Source of the DNA: Myxococcales bacterium
GTDB lineage: Bacteria > Myxococcota_A > UBA9042 > JABWCM01 > BTVJ01
Assembly: GCA_045863395.1 (NCBI GenBank)
Contig: BTVJ01000088.1
Span: forward strand, 1 to 31,723
Length of the DNA stretch: 31,723 nt
Direction of reading: 5' to 3'
Each line of letters starts with the position of its first letter. The stretch's first letter is position 1. Under the pieces are notes generated by a model. It saw only the letters and a list, made by a program, of their open reading frames with translations, ran no database searches and was not told where the DNA came from. A program made the translations under genes and the position numbers. Shown in pieces: positions 25,406 to 31,723 of this stretch.

Positions 25406-27886
25406 CTATCGGTGAGGCAGCTCGATCACGAGCCGCGCCGTCGCCTTCTGATTCTCCACGTAGGTGCGGAGCTTGGACCAGTCGACACCCATCGGCTCCC
25501 CGGGAACGTGCTCGACAGAGCAACCCGAGCAGGGTGGCACCGGCTCCCAGGTCGGCTGCATGAGCGGGACGCCCCCGCACAGCCCGACCTGCGCCCCGGC
25601 GTCCGACGAGCGTGAGCCCGGCGAGACGCCCGGCAGCGCCCTCGTCAGCGCCTTCTCGAGTGCGGATGCATCCAGCGCACCAGGTGCACAGAGGACACTC
25701 TCGAGCCGCCGCGCGCGGCGCTCGGCCAGGCGGTTGGTCGCCGCGGCGCTGAGGTCGCCGAGCTTCCCTGTCCAGCCGTCCGGAGAGACCGCGGCGCCGG
25801 ACTCCGTGACCACCTCACTTGCGAATCCCTTGACGTCGAGCCGCATGGCCAGAGGCTTGACCTGCATCTGGAGCGTGTCGCCCGTGAGCTGCGCCCCCAG
25901 AGTCGACGCCCAGCCGAGCAGAGTTCGCATGTCCGCGAGGGTCCGCGCATCGTCTCCGCACTGGGTGCAGCCGCTGCGCGTCATCGCCTCGCACACCCGG
26001 GCCGGGAGCTGAGCCTTCTTGACGGTGCAGGCCTGCGCCGGGCTCCCCTCCTGGGTGGGGTCCGAGATAGGCATGTCGTCCTGGCCCACCGCGAAGTGGA
26101 TCCGCGTCTCGAAGGTGCAGGCGCCCACCCGCCGGATGAGGGCGTGGGGAGCCTCGGCGCCCTGCTCCTTGACGAGGGCGCCCACACCGCCCGCTGTGAG
26201 CAGCTCGTCGCAGCACTTGCGCTCGTCCACCACCAGGTCGACCCGCACGCCCGGGCAGTGGGCGAGCCAATCTGCCCCCGAGGCCCGCACCGTCAGGTCG
26301 TACTGGCCCACGGGCAGCAGGAGGTCGCGACCGAGCGTGAAGCCACCGGGCTCGGCAGACACGTCGAACGTGTAGCCGAGGGCCTCGCTGGACACCGCGA
26401 GCCGCATCCCCGGCTCCAGCGCGAAGGTGCCCTCGAAGCGCTCGTCGGCGCGGACGACCATGCCCGCCGGGACCTTCGTCACCGCGATGCGCGGGCAGAA
26501 CAGGAGCGCCTGCTGCGCCGGTGTCTCGCAGGCGGTGTCCGCGACGACCGTGTGGCGCCCCGCGCGGACGCTCGCCAGCGCCGCCGCCCCGATGGTGACC
26601 CTCCTCCGCTCGCCGTCGGTCTCCACCTTCGCCACGCTCCGCAGGTCCAGCGCGTCCGGGTCGGAGACGGTGCGCCCCTCTGGAACCAGAACGAGAGTCC
26701 CGGCGCCGCCATCGTCGAGAGCTTCGAGGTTGCGCCCGCTGAGCACCAGGTTCGTGTCCTTGGTGACGATGGTCCAGTCGCGGTCGCTGCCCGGGGTCGC
26801 CCGCGCCTCGAAGGAGACGCAGCCGTCGCCCTCCTGCTCGGCCCCTGGCGCCTGTCTCGCCACCTCCAGCGAGGGCGCCTCGCACCGGTCGCGGGGCACG
26901 TAGTCCATGCGAAGCAAAGCCCCGCCATGTGTCGCGCCGACCTCCCGGCGGGCCGGCAGCGGGTTGTAGCGCCCACCCAGGTGAAACTGGAGGTCCCCCG
27001 GGCCCACGTCGAAGGTGGACCCGAAGCTCAACAGGAGCTGGAGCTGGCGGTCGTAGTCTTGCTGTGCCGACGCGATCTTCTCTGTGTTGAACGAGTAGCT
27101 CGTCTCGAAGGAGATGAACCACCGCTTCGGGAGCAGGAACGAGATGGCGAGGTTGCCGACCGTCTCGGACAGGAGCTTCTGCCCCTCCGTGGTCAGGGGC
27201 CCGGTCAGGGGACCCTCCTCGTAGCCCGGGAGCGTGATCTGATCGCCGGCCTCGAGGACGAGCTGGAGCCACTCCACGGGCGTCCAGCCGAGCTGGATGC
27301 GGGGGAAGATGCGCACCAGGTTGTCGGTGGCGAGAGACGCGGGGCGGAACACACCCGTAGGCAGCCGCAGATCGAGGCCGATGCCTCCAACCAGGGTGTC
27401 GACGGGGCTGTAGCTGTAGAACAAGGAGAGCTGGAGGTCGCCGAGCGTGAAGCCCTCGTCGGCGTCGAGCTCCACCAGGTCGCCGGCGGCGAAGCTCCCG
27501 CTCTGGGCGCCCGAGTTGATCACGATGGGCAGCATCACCGAGAACACGAGGGACTGGTCGGCGTCCCGCACCGGGTACCAGAAGAAGTAGGGGTCGACCT
27601 CGACGCGGTGCTCGACGAGGGCCTGCTCCCGGTCGCCGATCTGCGGGTACTGGCGGTAGCGCAGCAGGCTTGGCGTGTAGAGGAGCGCGCCACCGATGCC
27701 CCAGACCGGCAGGTCGGCGCCCACCGTGGGGACGCGCACGAAGAAGGTGGTGCGCGAATCGGGCACGACGCCGAAGCGGTCGATGTCCAGGTGCGCGTCG
27801 AACGCCAGTGCGCGGTCGCTCAGGCCCAGGATCGTCGCGGCGACGCTGAGCACGAGGAGACGCGTTCGCTTGCGGGCTGTTCCCAT
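25406..27886 (-). CDS. Outer-membrane beta-barrel protein with Ig-like middle region and degenerate OmpA C-terminal domain (TraB-like architecture)
   Basis: RBS AAAGGA before ATG 27886 and a signal peptide ending RALA-F. Barrel-type motifs LDIDRF, LVEHRVEVD, MLPIV, LGDLQL, LRLPTG. OmpA-like IHFAVGQ, VKGFAS, NRLAERRA. Confidence 0.8.
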   Translation of the reverse strand: MGTARKRTRLLVLSVAATILGLSDRALAFDAHLDIDRFGVVPDSRTTFFVRVPTVGADLPVWGIGGALLYTPSLLRYRQYPQIGDREQALVEHRVEVDPYFFWYPVRDADQSLVFSVMLPIVINSGAQSGSFAAGDLVELDADEGFTLGDLQLSLFYSYSPVDTLVGGIGLDLRLPTGVFRPASLATDNLVRIFPRIQLGWTPVEWLQLVLEAGDQITLPGYEEGPLTGPLTTEGQKLLSETVGNLAISFLLPKRWFISFETSYSFNTEKIASAQQDYDRQLQLLLSFGSTFDVGPGDLQFHLGGRYNPLPARREVGATHGGALLRMDYVPRDRCEAPSLEVARQAPGAEQEGDGCVSFEARATPGSDRDWTIVTKDTNLVLSGRNLEALDDGGAGTLVLVPEGRTVSDPDALDLRSVAKVETDGERRRVTIGAAALASVRAGRHTVVADTACETPAQQALLFCPRIAVTKVPAGMVVRADERFEGTFALEPGMRLAVSSEALGYTFDVSAEPGGFTLGRDLLLPVGQYDLTVRASGADWLAHCPGVRVDLVVDERKCCDELLTAGGVGALVKEQGAEAPHALIRRVGACTFETRIHFAVGQDDMPISDPTQEGSPAQACTVKKAQLPARVCEAMTRSGCTQCGDDARTLADMRTLLGWASTLGAQLTGDTLQMQVKPLAMRLDVKGFASEVVTESGAAVSPDGWTGKLGDLSAAATNRLAERRARRLESVLCAPGALDASALEKALTRALPGVSPGSRSSDAGAQVGLCGGVPLMQPTWEPVPPCSGCSVEHVPGEPMGVDWSKLRTYVENQKATARLVIELPHR

Positions 27887-28022
27887 GCCGGTCCTTTCGA
27901 GTTCGTGCCTCGGGCGCTGCGGCCACGGCGGCATCGAGTCAGAGTGTGACGAGATGGACGCAGCCTAGACGACATCGAGAGGATCTGCAATCAAATCCAT
28001 GGGATCTGCGAATTTTGCAGGC

Positions 28023-28051
28023 TTGACACGCCGACGCCGTGGTGGGAAGGT
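28023..28051 (+). promoter_or_regulatory. Putative sigma70 promoter, possibly giving a leaderless mRNA
   Basis: Perfect TTGACA (28023-28028), 17 nt, then GAAGGT (weak -10, preceded by TGn). ATG 28058 starts 7 nt after the last base of the -10. Confidence 0.4.
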
Positions 28052-28057
28052 CCGCGC

Positions 28058-28969
28058 ATGACCCGCGTCGCGCCTGCCCTGATGCTCGTGCTCCTGACGG
28101 CCTGCCGCCAGGAGCCGCCAGCAGGTTCCCCACAGCCCGTGGCGGTCGCGGCACCGGGGCACATCCACATCACATTGAGGGCGACCGGGCGCGTCGGCGA
28201 CGCGCTGGCCGTCGTCCATCGGCGCCTGGACGCGCTGCGCGACAACGAGCTGGCGCCCCTGGCGGCCCGGGCGCACGTGATCATCAGGGAGGATCGGATC
28301 GTCATCGAGGCGCCCCTGCTCCCGGGGGCCTCCTGCGAGTCGGCGACGGCGGCCGGGTGGGTGGACGCGGTGGCGAGGACGGTGAGCCGCAGGGGGACCC
28401 TGGGCTTCCACCGGGTCCCCGAGTCCGGCCCCTCCCTGCGGGAGCTGCTCGTGCAGTCCGGCTCCGGCGCGACGGTGAAAGAGACGGGCCGGGGGCAGGT
28501 CACAGTCGACGTGCCGCCGGCGGACATCGCGCCGGTCGTGGCTCGCCTCGCAGTGCCGCCCGGCGCGATCATCGTGACGCAGGGCGCACGAGAGGGCGGC
28601 ACGGAGCTCCTGCTGGTGGCGCGGGAGCCCTCTCTGACGGGCGCGGCGCTGCGCTCCGCGGAGGTCACGATGGACGAGTACCGGCAGCTCCCCCAGGTCG
28701 CGGTGGACTTCACGGAGGAGGGGAGCGCGGCGTTCTCCGCGCTGAGTGGAGATGTGGTCGGACAGCCGCTGGCCATCCTCTTCGAGGGGGCGCTGGTGTC
28801 CGCGCCCCGGGTGCAGCAGCGCATCGAGGGCGGGCGGGCCGTGATCACGCTGGGGGCGGGCCCCACGCAGGAGGTCCACCGCGAGGCCCGTGAGCTTGCG
28901 ACGATCCTGACGGCGGGAGCGTTCGTGGCGCCCGTCGAGGTGCTGGAGCAGCGCCTGAGCTGCGAGTAG
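28058..28969 (+). CDS. Lipoprotein with stand-alone SecD/SecDF periplasmic P1 (head) domain
   Basis: Lipobox LLTA-C. SecD-like VHRRLDAL, DRIVIEAP, GTLGFH, LTGAALRSA, PQVAVDFTEEGSAAF, LAILFEG.LVSAPRVQQRIEGG, EARELATIL.AGA. No TM helices. Confidence 0.8.
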   Translation: MTRVAPALMLVLLTACRQEPPAGSPQPVAVAAPGHIHITLRATGRVGDALAVVHRRLDALRDNELAPLAARAHVIIREDRIVIEAPLLPGASCESATAAGWVDAVARTVSRRGTLGFHRVPESGPSLRELLVQSGSGATVKETGRGQVTVDVPPADIAPVVARLAVPPGAIIVTQGAREGGTELLLVAREPSLTGAALRSAEVTMDEYRQLPQVAVDFTEEGSAAFSALSGDVVGQPLAILFEGALVSAPRVQQRIEGGRAVITLGAGPTQEVHREARELATILTAGAFVAPVEVLEQRLSCE

Positions 28970-29014
28970 CCTCCAGAGGGATGAGTGGGGGCAGCGGGGG
29001 ACTCCTCGCCCTCC

Positions 29015-29764
29015 TCAGGTGCCCTGCCGGGGCGCACCGCCAATATCGCCGGACAGGTGGCGGGCCCGCGCCCAGACGTCCGACGAGTAGTCCTTGCCCG
29101 TGCTGAGCTGGTCGAGGGTCTCCAGGCTCTTCACGCGAGACGGTCCCGCGTTGTAGGCATAGACTGCGGCCTGAAGGACCTGGTCGGGCTTCCAGGTGGG
29201 GAACTTCTTGGCGATCTGATCCCGGTAGCCCGCCAGGATGCTCGCCGCGTGGTTGATGTGATCGAAGCTGCGCGCGCCCCCGACCGGGGTGTGGCTGTTC
29301 TTGTCCACCTGCATGACGCCAAAGCCGTTGCCATCCCAGATGGAGTAGCCGTTCCGGTCGAGCTGGTTCCCTCCGCGGGTCTCGCGGCTGGCGATGGCGG
29401 CGAGCAGCGCCGGAGGCAGGTTGTGCGCCGCGGCCACCTTCACGAAGGTCTCCTGCATGGCGAGGAGGCGCTCCCGGTCCTGGTCGGCCATGGTCTCCGA
29501 CGCCGTAACGCCCGAGCCCGCCACGCCGTTGCCCTTGGCGGTGGAGCGGCTGGCGCCCGTGGTCGCGTGCTGGAACAGGAGCGCGTTCGGCCCCGTGACG
29601 TCGTCGCCGGTGGTGGCCGTGGGCGCCACCGTGCGAGCGCCTGTCCCGTAGTCCATCGCTCGCAGCCCGTCGCGCACCGGGGACCGGGTGGCCGGCCCGG
29701 CGGTTGACGGGCTCAGGGTGCGGGGCGGCAGTCGTGTGGTGGGGCGGGGGCGCTGCTCGGGCAT
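29015..29764 (-). CDS. Goose-type (lysozyme g, GH23) muramidase with Pro/Thr/Arg-rich N-terminal extension
   Basis: RBS GGAGG before ATG 29764 (MPEQRPRP...). Motifs TTGAS..TAK, GV.AS, AAIASRET, DGNGFGVMQVDKNSH, KKFPTW, AYNAG, DYSSDVWARA. Confidence 0.9.
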   Translation of the reverse strand: MPEQRPRPTTRLPPRTLSPSTAGPATRSPVRDGLRAMDYGTGARTVAPTATTGDDVTGPNALLFQHATTGASRSTAKGNGVAGSGVTASETMADQDRERLLAMQETFVKVAAAHNLPPALLAAIASRETRGGNQLDRNGYSIWDGNGFGVMQVDKNSHTPVGGARSFDHINHAASILAGYRDQIAKKFPTWKPDQVLQAAVYAYNAGPSRVKSLETLDQLSTGKDYSSDVWARARHLSGDIGGAPRQGT

Positions 29765-29908
29765 CGGGTCCTCCGGGGCGGTGGTGGTGCGGCCATGGTA
29801 ACCCACACCGGGCGGGGAGGCCAACACCGTTCTGATCGACGTGGTCGCTCGTGAGAGGCTGCGCATGGTAGAACGCTCTGCACGTGGCACGCACGTTGGA
29901 GAGAACCG

Positions 29909-31465
29909 ATGAGACAGCGAAGCCACTGGGGTTGGGGGTGGGAGGACCGCTTCCCTGACGCAGCGACGCGGGAAGCACTGGGTAAAGTGGTGGCGGCGCT
30001 GCTGGGGATCCCTGCGCCCACGCCGGAGGAGCCGGTGCCGCTCGGGGAGGCGGACGTGCGGGCCCCGACGCTGACGACCCCCGCCGATCTCGCCGCCTTC
30101 TGCACCGATGACCGGGCGGTTCGGGCTCGGCACACCTATGGGCGCGCGTACCGCGATCTCGTCCGCGGCTTCCGCGGGGACTTCCGGGGTGCCCCGGACC
30201 TGGTCGCGCTGCCTCGCACCGAGGACGACGTCGCCGCGGTGCTCGGGTGGGCGTCGGCAGCCGGGGTGGCGGTGGTGCCTTGGGGTGGAGGTACGAGCGT
30301 GGTCGGTGGGGTGGAGTGCATGTCGGCGGACCACGCGGGGGTCATTACCCTCGATCTCACGCGCCTCGACCGGGTCATGGAGGTGGACGAGGTGTCCCTC
30401 GCCGCGCGCATCCAGGCGGGCGCCACGGGGCCCGTCATCGAGGAGCAGCTCGGCGCCCGCGGCCTGACCCTGCGGCACTTCCCCCAGAGCTTCGAGTTCT
30501 CCACCCTGGGCGGGTGGATCGCCACCCGCGCGGGGGGCCACTTCGCCACGGTCTACACCCACGTCGACGACCTGGTGGAGTCGGTCCGCATGGTGACGCC
30601 GCGGGGGCCGTGGGAGTCGCGCCGGCTCCCCGGCTCAGGGGCCGGGCCGAGCCCCGACCGCCTGGTGCTGGGCTCCGAGGGGACCCTCGGCGTGATCACC
30701 GAGGCGTGGATGCGCGTGCGCCCCCGCCCCACCCACAAGCTGAGCGCCAGCGTGCGGTTCCGGGACTTCGCCGCCGCGGTGGACGCCACGCGGGTGATCG
30801 CTCAAGCCGGCCTCTACCCCACCAACTGTCGGCTGCTCGACGCGCGGGAGGCCATGCTCCACCAGGTGGGCACCACCAACGTGCTGCTCCTGGGCTTCGA
30901 GTCCACCGGCGCCACCCGGGAGCCCTGGATGGCGGAGGCCCTCGCCCTGTGCGCGGCGCGGGGTGGCTCGTCGTCGGAGGTCCGGCGCGACGACGAGACG
31001 GCGACCTGGCGCGCGGCGTTCCTGGACGCTCCGTACCGCCAGAGCGTGCTCGTCTCCCTCGGCATCGTCGCCGACACCTTCGAGACCGCGTGCCCCTGGG
31101 ACCGCTTCGAGGCGCTCCACGCGCGTGTAATCGGGGCCACCAGAGAGGCCATGCGCTCCGTGGCCGGCGGGGGGCTCGTCTCGTGCCGCTTCACGCACGT
31201 CTACCCCGACGGACCGGCCCCGTACTACACGTTTCTCTTCGCGGGCCGCCGCGGCGACGAGCTCGCCCAGTGGCAGGCCGTGAAGACCGCGGCGTCGGAC
31301 GCCCTGCTCGCGGCCGGCGGCACCATCACCCACCACCACGCGGTGGGGCGCACCCACCTGCCGTGGGCTCAGGCGCAGCGCCCGGCCCTGTTCGGCGAGG
31401 CCCTGGCGGCGGCGAAGGCGATCCTGGACCCGGCGGGAGTCCTGAACCCGGGGGCGCTGATCTGA
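29909..31465 (+). CDS. FAD-binding oxidoreductase, alkyl-dihydroxyacetonephosphate synthase-like (VAO/PCMH family)
   Basis: WGWG, PWGGGTSVVGG, RHFPQSFEFSTLGGWIATR, GSEGTLGVITE, THVYPDG, TITHHHAVG, LDPAGVLNPG. Confidence 0.92.
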   Translation: MRQRSHWGWGWEDRFPDAATREALGKVVAALLGIPAPTPEEPVPLGEADVRAPTLTTPADLAAFCTDDRAVRARHTYGRAYRDLVRGFRGDFRGAPDLVALPRTEDDVAAVLGWASAAGVAVVPWGGGTSVVGGVECMSADHAGVITLDLTRLDRVMEVDEVSLAARIQAGATGPVIEEQLGARGLTLRHFPQSFEFSTLGGWIATRAGGHFATVYTHVDDLVESVRMVTPRGPWESRRLPGSGAGPSPDRLVLGSEGTLGVITEAWMRVRPRPTHKLSASVRFRDFAAAVDATRVIAQAGLYPTNCRLLDAREAMLHQVGTTNVLLLGFESTGATREPWMAEALALCAARGGSSSEVRRDDETATWRAAFLDAPYRQSVLVSLGIVADTFETACPWDRFEALHARVIGATREAMRSVAGGGLVSCRFTHVYPDGPAPYYTFLFAGRRGDELAQWQAVKTAASDALLAAGGTITHHHAVGRTHLPWAQAQRPALFGEALAAAKAILDPAGVLNPGALI

Positions 31466-31469
31466 CCCC

Positions 31470-31723
31470 GTAACGGCGGCGAGCCCCCGTTGCTCACGCG
31501 GTCGGCGACTCACTTGAGTGCAGGTCTCGGAGGGACGCGTGCCGTTACTGCGGCGTACGAGGGGTGCGGGGAGCCCGGTTGAGACGTCGTGGGCCAGGGC
31601 AATGACCCACGTAACCGGTAAGCAACTCTTGATAGCCTCAATCCTTGCTCGGGATGTAGGCTCAGGAGGTCGGTCGCGTCCGGTCCCACGGGGGGACCGC
31701 CGGGCGACCGGAGAGCACTCTGA
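31470..31723. ncRNA. Candidate structured non-coding RNA, probably cut by the window edge
   Basis: Consecutive long stems and no ORF in the track; see findings. Confidence 0.4.

Noticed and set aside
29885..29900. TGGCAC-N5-TTGGA as a sigma54 promoter
   Set aside because: The -12 GC is missing, and the implied TSS would fall at or after the ATG at 29909.
29765..30562. Upstream extension of the lysozyme ORF to 30562
   Set aside because: Most of it is antisense to the FAD oxidoreductase; a good RBS supports ATG 29764.
31466..31723. tRNA, tmRNA, SRP RNA, RNase P RNA or an intrinsic terminator
   Set aside because: No T-loop/CCA end, SRP GGAA loop motif, GAGGAAAGUCC or U-tract was found on either strand.

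Overview
GC-rich bacterial DNA, very likely from a member of Myxococcota: it carries a MYXO-CTERM protein, a Haliangium-type microcompartment locus, CDDGxxCTxDxC repeat lipoproteins and a TraB-like OmpA barrel. From left to right: (1) a membrane-anchored Ser/Thr pseudokinase on the minus strand that runs off the left edge and is absent from the ORF track; (2) a sigma54-type promoter ahead of a 57-aa small ORF, then a coupled pair of TPR/DUF3857/transglutaminase-like proteins, one with a complete catalytic triad and one degenerate; (3) a NAGPA-family glycosidase and a Cys-rich lipoprotein with a partner gene; (4) a five-gene BMC operon (BMC-T, BMC-H, BMC-P, aldehyde dehydrogenase with encapsulation peptide, BMC-T) coupled to a GT-C-like membrane protein; (5) a DUF2330 MYXO-CTERM protein; (6) a two-gene operon of an outer-membrane barrel with a degenerate OmpA domain and a 1721-aa Cys/Asp repeat lipoprotein; (7) a stand-alone SecD P1-head lipoprotein; (8) a lysozyme closely resembling animal goose-type enzymes; (9) an alkyl-DHAP-synthase-like FAD oxidoreductase; (10) a densely base-paired non-coding segment at the right edge that may be a structured RNA. 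No tRNA, rRNA, CRISPR array or transposase was recognised. All family calls come from motif recognition by eye and from memory, not from database searches.
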